A stretch of DNA of 64,000 nucleotides, taken from Cyanophora paradoxa CCMP329. Taxonomy: Eukaryota > Plantae > Glaucophyta. The notes under the pieces are model-generated. The model did no database searches and had not been told where the DNA came from. It saw only the letters and a program-made list of their open reading frames with translations. The position numbers and the translations under genes are program-made. The DNA lies in contig QPMI01000526.1 of NCBI GenBank assembly GCA_004431415.1, positions 124,001 through 188,000 of the forward strand. The letters run 5' to 3'. Position 1 is the first letter of the stretch, and every line of letters begins with the position of its first letter. Positions 24,869 to 36,111 of this stretch are shown one piece after another.

Positions 24869-26388
24869 ATGGCAACGTGTGCTGCTTCTGGTTGCACGCG
24901 CCCGCCTTACGCCGGCCATCCATTCTGCGGCGTGACCTGCGCCATCAAAAGCCTGAACCAGCCAGGTACAGCATAATTCCCGCAAACAGCCTGCGAATCA
25001 CCGCGGACTGCGAATTGCATGCGGCGCGGCTCATTTTCCTTCTAGTGCCGGCGGGGCTTCAGTGCTTGCTCCAGGACTGCTCCCGGCCGCTCAGCAAGCG
25101 GAGCAGCGGGCGCCTGAACGACTTTTGTTCCAAGGCCTGCTGTGCGCGCTGCTCATGACTTCGACGTTTTCTCAAGGCGCCCGGCAGCGCCTTTTTTAAA
25201 GTTTTCGACTGATCGGGGCTCTCCCTGGCGTATGCGCCGCGGCGCAGTCGATCGTTCGTTGCAGGCCTTTCCGCAGCACAAGGACGCGGCCTCCGGTGAG
25301 GGTTTAAAATTTAGCATCCCTTTGATTACTATCGAATATCGATCGCGATATCGTTCAATCGGATATCTGATCGAAAGAATTTCGAACAGGAACGCTAATC
25401 GTGGCTCTCGGTACGCAGCACCCGCTATTCGCGAGCGTCCACGCACAGGTTCGAATTCGCGAGCTCAGCGGCTGCATTGCAAATAATAATATATATATCA
25501 ATGAGAATTTGGATTCGCGCACGTACAGCTCCAGAAAACCGGCGTCGCCGCGGCGAACGTGCGCGCCGTCATGGCTGTCTTCCCCGGGCCAGCCATCGTC
25601 AACCGGCGCGCATGCAGCCCTGCAGGCTCTCGCTCACTCTCGCTCCGATTCGGCTCTCATCCCGCGGCTGCCCGCAGGTACAAGCAGCACCTCGCGCGTG
25701 TAGGCGCGACGACGGAAGAGCGCTGCTTCCACGGCTGCCGCACCGTCGCGTGCAAGATCGGCGATGGCGGCAACCTCGCGCCCTGCGCCTCCGCGGCCTG
25801 CAACCTCTGCAGGCGATTCTGCATCGCCTCTCCAATCCAGATCTAGTTATATATATATATATATAGATGTGTCCGATGACTTAATTTGCGCCGCAGCATT
25901 CTCAAGGTGGGCTTCCTTATCGAGCGCGCGAGGTCTGGGAGGGGCATCTGGTTCGCCCGCGACGCGAGCTACTCGAACAGCGGATACGCGGCTGCGACGC
26001 AGTGGGCGTCTGCCGGCGGCGCCGCCGTCAAGTATCTTTTCGTCGTAAAGGCTTGCAAATATTAATGGCCTTGGCCGCCCGCCGCGCTTTAATTTCTGTA
26101 CTACGGTATAATTAGAAGCCCGCTGTAGGATAAAGGCGAGGGAACTAGGTCCTCGCGGGTTTGGCGGGGGCACTAGGCGTGCTTCCGTTCAAGAAGCGGC
26201 GGCTTCCCCCATCCCCATATACATTAATATTACCGCCCGCCTCGCTTTAGAAGCCCCCTCATCATGACGACCGTCGGACGCGATCGATATCGCAGGTCGC
26301 CACCGGGGGCGCGACTGTCAACGGGCGCGTCGTCGTCGCGGGCGTTAACGACGCCGCCCTCCCGACCTACCTCGTCGCGTACTCGTGA
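24869..26388 (+). CDS. ART1: two zinc fingers plus PARP-like ADP-ribosyltransferase domain with non-canonical active site
   Basis: CAASGCTRPPYAGHPFCGVTC; CLLQDC..DFCSK; EERCFHGCRTVACKIGDGG..CASAACNLCSIL; GRGIWFARDASYSNSGY; YLFVVK|VATG; RVVVAGVNDAALPTYLVAYS*. Confidence 0.82.
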
Positions 26389-26869
26389 GCCTGCCGCAGT
26401 CACTGAGTGTAGTAAGATAACTGAGCGCAAGCCGCTGAGCGCTCGGCCGCATTGCTGGATATGTTCTATAATGGCAATTGAAAATCGAAAAAAGGCCAAG
26501 ACTCTGTCTACAGGCTCTTAGCAGTGCTCGGCCGCTTTTTTGGCTCAAGCTTTGGCTCAAGCTTACGAACGTGGCCATGGGCCAGGCGCCAGTGCAGCCC
26601 ATGCCACCAGCTGAATGGCAATGATGGCAATCCCATGTGCATGTGCAGCCCACTCTAGACACCAATAGGCCTTGCCCCATGCATATGGCCAATATTCTTA
26701 CACATCGAAGGATTCAATTATTTAATAAAATACAGGATTCCTAATAGCACACATTGAAGGATTCAATTATTTAATAAATTACACGGCTCCGCACGCGCGC
26801 GCCCATTCTCGCCTTGCTTCGAGGCCTCCAAGCCTAGGCCTCCTTGCAATTGCAATCGGCAGCGAGGCT

Positions 26870-28671
26870 CTACGCCTCTTTGAAAAAGACGACGGCGACG
26901 GGCAGCACCGCCTCGGCCCGATAGACCGCCCACTGCGCGCGCAAAGCTCAGGCAGGATTGAGGTTTTCGCAGGCCGGATCAGGATATTCGCAGGCTAAAT
27001 TGGACTTTTTGCAGGAAAGACTGGGCTTTTTGCAGGCAGGATTAGGCTTTTTGCAAGTCGAATTAGGCTTTTTTCGCGGGCCGGATTAGGCTTTTCGCGG
27101 GGCAGACTAGGCTTTTTGCAGGCCGGATTAAGCTTTTCGCATGCTGGGTTTGGATTTTCGCAGGCCGGATTAGAGTGTTTCGCAAGCCGGATTAGGCTTT
27201 TCGCAGGCGCGATTACGCTTTTTCGCAGGCAAGATTACGCTTGTGGCAGACAGGGTTAGGGTTTTCAAATTCGCGAGGTCTTTAAATTCGCGAGCCTCGG
27301 AGGCGCGAGCCGCTGAGCTGGGGTTCGGACTCGGGATCCAGCTCAGCGGACCTCGGGGTAGTTCAGGCGGCTCCCGTTCCCCACTTCGCCTTTGACCTGC
27401 GCAGTTGACATTGATCATGAGGGTCTTAGCTGAAATTTACTCCATGAAGCAAAGAGTGGAAGCGGGCTTGCACCGAGTGGAAGCCGGCGGGGATCTCGGC
27501 GGGCGTCATGTTGGGCCGGTCCTGGTGGAGGACCCAAGGCCGCCCGACCGCCACGCGGCACCGCACCATGCACCGCACCGTTCCTCTCACGCCCTTCATC
27601 GCCAGGGGGTAGTCGAACGCCTTCGAGGAGTGGTTGCACGTGTAGATCGCGCGGCCTGGGCTCGAAGATTTTGCTCATAATCATCTCGATATTAATATTG
27701 TATTATATATTGAAGCCGAGCACCCCATCCGTACTGCGGGTGGACGGTGGCTCGTGACAGATCAAAGCCCGTGGTGATGATGGAGCACAAAGCGCAGCCC
27801 GCCGCCGCATCGCATCTGCCGGCGAGATGATTATAAGATGGTATATACGTAGTCTGCCCCCGTGCCGCTCTCCCGCTTCGTGCGGACAATGCGAAAATGA
27901 AAATAAATCAAAGTTCGATTCGGGCTCACTGCAGCAATGCTCCCACGGAGCACTTCGTCGGGGCACCGTGCCAGAGAAGCTTCTGCACGCGCGTTAACAT
28001 ACGGAGAGTCAGAATATATATTCTTAAGCTTGATATTGTACGATCGCGAGGGGTCATAAGCGACCTGCGTCGCGTCACCGATGCCCGTCTGGTACGCTTT
28101 GTACGATTTCTTTGCTTGACCGTTGCGAATCGAGAAGCACGCGACGATCTGCACCGCCGAGAACGCTCCTTTGACCCAGTCGGACTGCATCTGCTGCAGG
28201 AGCTGTTGCGTCGTGGGCGAATCGCTCGCGAACGAGACTTGAATTGCGAGCGAAGGCGTCGCAATCGGTTGGGCTGATGAAGCGAGTCACGCGAGAAGAT
28301 TTATTTCAAACCTCAACGAAACCAAGCTTTTAATTAATAAACTAGTCGAGCGCCGAGAAATTACCTGCCAAGGCGCACGTCTTCGAGCAAAAATCGTGCG
28401 GCTTGCCGGACGAGGAGACGAAACGGACGCGCTCGCAGCCCGCACGCGAGCACTTCGAGCCCTCGGGCACCACATCTGCGAGGGGTTATAACTATCGAGG
28501 TCGTAATCGTGAGAGCGCGTGACTAAGAGCTCGCGATCAATCGAGAGAGCACGCGACGGGAGCCCGTGCACCGAGCGCGACCGCAGCGCGATTTGCGCAC
28601 GACTTGCCGCAGTACTGGTGCCCCACGAACGACGGCTTCACGCATCCAGGCGCCGCGCATGTGCCCGTCAT
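26870..28671 (-). CDS. ART2: two zinc fingers plus PARP-like ADP-ribosyltransferase with intact H-Y-E triad
   Basis: CAAPGCVKPSFVGHQYCGKSC; CSRAGC..HDFCSKTC; LLWHGAPTKC; GCALCSIITTGFD; WGRAIYTCNHSSKAFDY; CMVRCRVAVG; GFHS|VKGEVG..LNYPE|WAVYRAEAVLPVAVVFF. Confidence 0.87.
26955..27250. repeat. Degenerate ~21-bp minisatellite (TTTTCGCAGGCCGGATTAGGC) in the last intron of ART2
   Basis: About a dozen consecutive variant copies are visible. Confidence 0.85.
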
Positions 28672-29474
28672 GTCTGCAGGCACACGTTACTATTTATTTC
28701 GGTTCCCGTTTAGTCGATGCATATGTCGACGTTTTCGATCGAGAATCATCCTACAGCCAGGCCTGTTTCATGTTTTCCCCTCACATAAGTGTGCCGCAGT
28801 GCACTTCTGAGCTCGGTGCCGCGGCCTGCCTCCTCTATTTATATGTCTACAGCTCTAGATATATATGTATATATAGAGCTATGCATATTGACCGTCGGAC
28901 GTCCAAGTACTTTTGCTGGAACTGCATGCGCAGTTGTGCCCCCTCGCCTGGCCTATCTCTCCTCTCTGTTCTTCGCGATCGTTCGCTGTTCGGATTTATT
29001 TCGGTTCCCGTTTAGTCGATGCATATACATGTCGACGTCCGACGTCGACGTCCGAACTTGTTTCATTTTCCCCCCTTCCTGGCACGGTCTGCTGGCACGC
29101 ACTACTCTGTTATTTCGGTTCAGGATCATCCTGTTTCATGTTTTCCTCTCGCGTACGCGTGCCTCCCTGAATATATATCGATATCTATGGCCTATAGATC
29201 GCTGGGCGCCGGCCCTCTCTAAATGTCTAAATGGACATATGCATGCATCTATATAACGTCTGTATAACGTCCAAACTATTTTGCTGTATATAAACTATAT
29301 TAATTCTATTTTGTTTTGGTGAATTACCGGCCACAGTCTCTAGACACCAGCACTATATTAATTCTAACTTGCTCCCTGTTATATCTATATATCTCTGTTC
29401 GTTCGTCTAACTCTCCATATCTTCGCGCTGTTCGGATTCCGCGCGCGCCCCAGACCGTCGGACGCGCGCTCAGC

Positions 29475-32400
29475 ATGGCTGCGCATGCAGCGGCTCGAGC
29501 TCCGGATCCCGAAGTCGCGGTCAGCTCTTCCGGCACCGTGGCACCGCGCGCCCTCTGCTGGACGGCGCGCGCGCTCTCTCCCCAAATTAAATGGTCCGCG
29601 CGCAAACCGCAGGTTCACGTGAACGTGGCTGCCGCCACGAAATGGGGGCAGCGCATTTTCATCCACGGGCGATGCTCTGAGGCGCCCGGTAAGGATTATT
29701 TCAAGGAGATGAAGATCCAGGGAGGAGAGCACTATCCGTGAGATCTTTTGAATCAAAATTACAGCGCTCTTTTTTCTAGTGTTGATTTGTTCGGGCAGGG
29801 CGAAGAATGTCTGGTCGGTGAGCTTGAGGCTCACACCCGAGAGCCTCGGGATTGGTACTTCTAATTATCGTCACGCGCGATTCTCGTTTCGTGTGCGTAA
29901 TCGCGCGCTCCTAGCAAGTGAGCGCTCCGAGGCTCCGCGGCCCGCAACTGCATCCGCAGTTCGTCACATGCTTCGACGTCGCTCGAAGCCCACAGATCGT
30001 CCACGCGGAGCCCATCGAGGCTTTCGAATCACGCCAGCTGCCCCATGGCCACTCCCTTGGAAGCCTCGCGGGCTGTACCGTTCGCGTGGAGAGCATCTAT
30101 ATGCCGACAGGTTTGCGGCTTTAACTTTTGATTCAATTTGTGGCAAGGGAATGTGGCAATCGTAAAATCAATGCCGCAGTCGCAGAAGTGCACTCGAACA
30201 ATCCGAATTTCAAGGATCTTTTCTCCCTGGACGTCGTGTGCCTAGGCCTTTATCACTTTTCATCTGCGGTTAACCTTCGAATCCATGATCGAATCCTTCG
30301 AAACGCGACAGCCCTGCACGGTGTCCGTGCCGCAATTCTTGGCGGTGGGCCGCGAAGTGTTCGTGCACACCGGAGACTTCGATTACGCACCTCTGGACGC
30401 TTGCGCATCGGACCGTGATCAGTGCGTCTCGAGCTAGATCAGAATTCAGAATTTTTCAGCCATTCGCATACCGATGCGCAGAGCTCAAATGTGGAGAGGC
30501 ACGGTGCGAATCAACTTGGGCAATTCCAGCTCCACCCGCGACATCACGGTGAATTAAATTTTGAATATTTATTGATCATGATTCGCAATTGCTTCGCTTG
30601 CGCATAAGCATCCTCTCTGCCAGCTTTGCGCTCGGAGTCGCTCCCGACCTTTGCTTGCAGATTGCGTTGAGGGGAGCGAACGACACTCTTGTGAATATAT
30701 ATGTGCGCGGATATTGATGTTTGAGCGTCGGCCGAATATATAGTGATCCACTCTTTGCTCCCTAGGCGGACCGAAAGCTGCGCCTTGCGCACGCTCCCTC
30801 GGAATTCGGACATGTTGCAATCTGCGCATCTCTTTTTCAAGGTCGCACATGGTTTTATAATTTTGTTTGCCAATTACGAAGCTGAGACTTTCCTGGCCTG
30901 GAATATTAATGGGCAGACGCTGTCCCGGAACTCCGAATGCAGTGCGTGATTCGTACACTCGAAAGCCGAGCGAGGGCAGCAACGGAGAGGGCTCTTCAGT
31001 CGGCGTTGGCAGGCGCTCACGTTACCTGCACATGGAGCGGCTGGGAAAAGGGCAAACCCTATCAATTTCCTGGCGACCGCGAGTCGACCTCTTTCACTTC
31101 AGTCTCCGTGCGCCTCTCTAAGATGTCTGATTTTCAAAGACTGATGTCATCGTTTCATTTTCCGTGCAGGATGTGACCTTTGCTTTGCCATCGTCCACTC
31201 CGGTACGAGAGGAGCGCTTTGTCGAATTTCAGATCAACTGCCCCCGTGCTTTGGCGGGAGATCGCGTAATGTTGACCGGGTCTTGGTTGCCTAATCCTGG
31301 CATACCGCTCACACCTTCGCAGTGGTCTAGTTTTCTTGTTTCTGGCTCGCGTATATAATGGAGTTTTCGCTGAATTTTCGATGCAGGGCCCCAAACGTTT
31401 TCTCAACGAAGATACCAGTGCCAGCCGACGACAAGATGGCTCCCCCTCTGGAATACAAGGTGCTAATTGTCTATGATTTAATCTATAATTATAACAACAT
31501 TGCGCATACGTAGTACCATTTCATCGCGAGAAGTGGATTCAACCGCACAAGCATGCTAACGGGATCGGAGAAGATTTTGCGCATCCTACCTTACGGTGTG
31601 ATGGCCGTCAATGACGGTGTACTCGACGCCCGTGCGCGAATAATATGCTGATATGCCCTGTAGCATCTGCTAATATGCCATCTGCTAATATGCCCTGTAG
31701 CGGAACGGGCAGCCTCCTCACTCGATCCGGCGCTGCTTGCAATTGAGAATTCGAAGGGCAGTTGCACCGTTCACTTTGACGTCACAATGCCATATTTCAC
31801 TCACGTTCAGCCGAGAGACATTGTCTGTATCGAAAGCAATCTCTTCGACAGTAAGCTGTACGGTTATTTAGAGATGCGGCGTTCTGAATCTTCGAGAGAT
31901 CCAGACCGGCCAGCTGCAGGCTTAAGGTGACGTCGACGTGCACTTTCTAAAAACCAATGAATATTAATATATACGTGCCAATAGCATCTTGCAATTAATA
32001 TTGACTCGGATCCGGACTGGGCCGCTGCATGCGCAGCACCTACACGATTTCATTGCCTGTTCATGCCGGCGCAGCTGCTGTCATCAAGTACCAGGTGCTG
32101 ACTTATGCTTATGCACCGTGCAAAGTACGCAATCCAATGATTCAATCAATACATTAATCTCCGTGCGCAGTACGTAATTCTCAGGCGAGGCACATTGGTC
32201 TCTCAACTTCTGTGTGAGCGTGATGCAATTCGCTGCCGAGAAATTGTTGTCCCTCCAAGCGACCAATCGGTCGTCGTTCGCGACGTATATGGTCAATGTC
32301 CGACATCGCCACCTCTGAGTAAGCAATGGCCAAACTAATTATAACCGTCGCGATTAAACGCTGAGCTCTAGATCTTCGGCGCAGAGAGTGAGCGGAGCGA

Positions 32401-33286
32401 AGCTAGCGCTGCTCCCACGCACACGGCTACCTCCCAGATCAGCCGCAAGCAGGACGCGCCGTCTGCTGCTAGCGCTGGATCGAGGGGCTCAAATTCGATC
32501 GCGAAGGACTCGCGATCGGATTTGGGCGAGGCGGGGCCCGTGCATTTCTACAACCGGGGGGAGCCCTACTACGAGTTCACGAACTTCTACGAGGAGGCGC
32601 CTTTCTCCCTCGACGACAAGCGCTGGCGCACCTCCGAGCACTACTTCCAGGTTCGATCGGCTCTAAATCTTGTGGCGGACGTTAGCATGCAGATATAGCG
32701 CCACATAGCGGACGATAGTTGTTCGCTTGCATTGGTTGATTGCATCTGATGCCCGCGGCCGGTGGCGTGGCCATGGCCATGGCAGGCCCAGAAGTTCGTG
32801 AAGAAGAACCCGCGGCTCGCCGCCGCGATCCGCGACTGCTGGACTCCCCGCGAGGCTCTGGAGAAGGCGCGGCAGCCGTGGACCCAGGAGCACATGGACA
32901 AGGACTGGGATGGCCGCCGGGACGCCGTCATGCTCGCTGCTCTCCGCGCCAAGTTCCAGCAGAACGAGAGGATCCGAAAGAAGGTTTATATTTACTGAGC
33001 GGCATCGATTATATTTCGGCTCCTGCAGCTGATCATGAGCGTGACGCGCGCGCAGCTGCTGGGCACGGGCGACCGCGTGCTCGTGGAGCGCACGGCGCTG
33101 GACTCGTACTGGGGCGACGGGCCCACGGGCCTCGGCCAGAACCGCCTCGGCGTCCTCTTGATGCAGGTGCCATCGATTTTGAACTACGTATACATTCCCG
33201 AATTCCAGTCCTTTATTTGCTCGCTGAAATTCGAACAGGTTCGGGACGAGCTAAAGAAGACGTCCACTCCTTCCGGCAGCAAATAG
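29475..33286 (+). CDS. NADAR2: about four divergent CBM20-like domains fused to an intact NADAR domain
   Basis: NADAR: VHFYNRGEPYYEFTNFYEEAPFSLDDKRWRTSEHYFQ|AQKF, DWDGRRDAVMLAALRAKFQQN and LLGTGDRVLVERTALDSYWGDGPTGLGQNRLGVLLMQ|VR. CBM20-like starts: VHVNVAAATKWGQRIFIHG, TVSVPQFLAVGREVFVHTG, VEFQINCPRALAGDRVMLTGS..LEYK and TVHFDVTMP..DIVCIESN. The NADAR call is strong; the N-terminal model is moderate. Confidence 0.75.
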
Positions 33287-33902
33287 CTGATCATGAAGAG
33301 GCTGAAGAATTTCGAACACGTAGATTTTAAATACAGCGAATGCGCCTTGAATACACAAGATCTAGACTAAATTTAGAAGTGTCTTGATTTCTGAATTTCT
33401 ATTTGAAACGTATTACAAATTGATTGAATTTCTGAAACGTACAGATCTAGAGGGCTTACTTCAATTGAATTTGTGAAAAGCTTGTTCTCTCATCTCCGAG
33501 GCTCGCCATCAGACAGAGAGCTCACACATGCACTAGAACCAACCAAGCTATATATACAGCCTGGTAGCTACGCCGCCTACAGCGACGGCTACGGCTAAGC
33601 CGTGTGTGACGGGGCGTGCCCGAGCTGGCGGAGGCGGGCCTCGAGCCGCTCCTTTTCCGCTCATCAATAAATATATATTGCCGCAGTGCAAGCAGAAGAC
33701 AAGAAGCTTTAGTACAAGTAGCACAGAAGTAAGCGACGCCCACATTATAATTATATCTAATACGAGTCTGGGACCAAGCTGCGTATACGCCACCCGCAGC
33801 GCGAGTCGCGGCTACGGCTGCGGCAGTCACGCGTACGGCTAGTCACGACAAGATATAAGCAGAAGATCTGGAAGAAAGTATATACGGATCTGGCAGCTAC
33901 GG

Positions 33903-35865
33903 CTACGGGGCGTGCCCGAGCTGGCGGAGGCGGGCCTCGAGCCGCTCCTTCTCTGCCAGGACCTCGAAGTAGCCCCGCTTCACGTTCTCGTACTTCTCCA
34001 GCGGCACCTGCGCGTGCGACGTCACGGCGTCGGCGTCGGTGTCGATTCGAATCAAGCTTATGAAAGAAGGCTCGGCGTAGGGCCAGGAGGCGTGTTTATG
34101 ATGGAAGATGGAAGATGTTTATGCGTATTATAATTACATATATATTAGGATGTCGGTATCGATTCGAATCAATTGCAAGGCTCGCATGAGGCCACGTGCA
34201 CGCCCCCGCGCGCATTCTTCTGCGCCTCGAGAAAAGGGGCCCGGGTGCCACCGCTTCTAGAACGGAAGCTCGCCTAGCTAGCGCCTCCGCCACACCCGCT
34301 AGGGACCTAGCTCCCTCGCCTCTATCCTGCCGCTCGCATGAGGAGGCCAAGCCCCCGCCCCCGCGCGTTTATACGACGGCATAAACAGCTCACCGTGTTC
34401 TGCGCTGGCCCTTGCTGGCCTTGGCCGTGGCCGGCGCCCTGGCGGGACGCCGACGCCGCCCGCAGCTGCGCGCGAACGTGCGGCGTGGGCGAGGGCGAAG
34501 GTCAGGCTACAGATAGCTAGGCGCCGGCGGCGCGCCGGCGCATCACGAAGGCCTCATCGATCGCACCTGCGAATTCGCACCTGCACGTCCAGCGCCTCTG
34601 CGCGCTGGCGCGCGGCCGCCGCTTCCTGGCACGCGGCCGCTGCTTCCTGGCGCGCGCCCACCGCTTCCTGGCGCGCGGACCCCGCCTCCCGGTGCGCCTG
34701 TGCATGCCCGCGGCCAGGCCGCGGCCATCGGAGTCAGACGGGCGTACAGCTGCGTAAAATCATTGCAATCGTATTTTACGGCGGTGCACCCGGGCGGCGG
34801 CGGCGCGGGCCTCCTTCAGCTCCGCAGCCAGCCTGGTCATCGCGGCCGCGGCCTCCTCCCGCCGCCCCGCCTCGGCCGCCTCGAGCTGAAGCGGCCAGCG
34901 CGCACCGTCAAATTAAATTGACGGGTGCGAGAATTCGAAGCGGAGCGCTCACGCGGGCGGCGGCAGCGCGGGCCTCCTTCAGCTCCGCAGCCAGCCTGGT
35001 GATCGCGGCCGCGGCCTCCTCCCGCCGCCCCGCCTCAGCCGCCTCAAGCTGAAGCGGCCAGCGCGCACCGTCAAATTAAATTGACGGGTGCGAGAATTCG
35101 AAGCGGAGCGCTCACGCGGGCGGCGGCGGCGCGGGCCTCCTTCAGCTCCGCAGTCAGCCTGGCCATCGCGGCCCCGGCCTCCTCCCGCCGCCCCACCTCT
35201 GCCGCCTCCAGCTGCGGCGGAGTCGACAGCGTCACACGGAGCTGAAGCAGAGAGACGGGCGCGAGAAGCTTCAGCGGAGCGCTCACGCGGGCGGCGGCGG
35301 CGCGTGCCTCCTCCAGCTCCTCGGCCAGCTGCGCCATCAGCGCCCTCGCCTCCTCCCGCTCCGCTTCCGCCGCCTCGGCCTGCAGGCGCCACGGCCGGCG
35401 ACTCAGAACGCGATGTAAATGTGCCGCGCAGCAACGGCCGCGGCCGCGGCCGCGGCCCGGCGCCCGGCGCCGGCGCGCGCGCGCACCGCCATTCGCAGCG
35501 TTTCGACGAAGCGAGAATAGCCCCCAGCCGATCGCGAGCTGCACTGCGATCAGTGCCGCCCGCGGCTATATCTATATATATCTAAAAGAAAATGCGGTCT
35601 GAACCGCGCGCGCGTGCACGCACATTGAACTCGAAGACGCGCTGTCGGCGCCGAGGTCTCGGTCCGGCCTGCCGAGGAGCGCCCTGGCCTTGCCGAGGAC
35701 CGCCGCGTACCCGTCCCTCTCGCGGTGCGCCTCCCGCTGTACCCGTACGAGCCGGGGGGGGCTCGCGGGGCAGCCCGACCCGAGCACGAGCCCGCGGCCG
35801 CTCGAATCCCCCCCGAAGCTTAAGCGCCCGCTGCAGCCGCGGGCCCCCTGCGCGACGTCGACCAT
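33903..35865 (-). CDS. Coiled-coil protein with tandemly duplicated 163-bp exon-intron units; may be the 3' part of the RRM/RS gene
   Basis: Repeated exon LEAAEAGRREEAAAAMTRLAAELKEARAAAAR; last exon VPLEKYENVKRGYFEVLAEKERLEARLRQLGHAP*. Confidence 0.55.
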
Positions 35866-36111
35866 GCATCGTCAGAACATATGATGATCGGAGTGGAGGC
35901 AAGCGGGTCTAGTTGCGTATACGTAGCGCGTGCTTGCTAGGTCTAATACAAATGCACAACCAGTCCCCCATATATACTTAAAATTAGATGACCGTGAATA
36001 AGATTCTAATCTTTCTCACCATCATGTGCATAGTTTGCGGCGGTGGCATAAGGCCGTCTCCGTCCGCGGCCGCCGACCTGTGCGCGCGCGCGTTCCGAGT
36101 TCAAAGCTCAA

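Noticed and set aside
24869-33286. Bacterial contamination or a bacterial DarT/NADAR operon
   Set aside because: All four genes have spliceosomal introns of the host style, and the ARTs are zinc-finger PARP-like proteins, not recognisably DarT.
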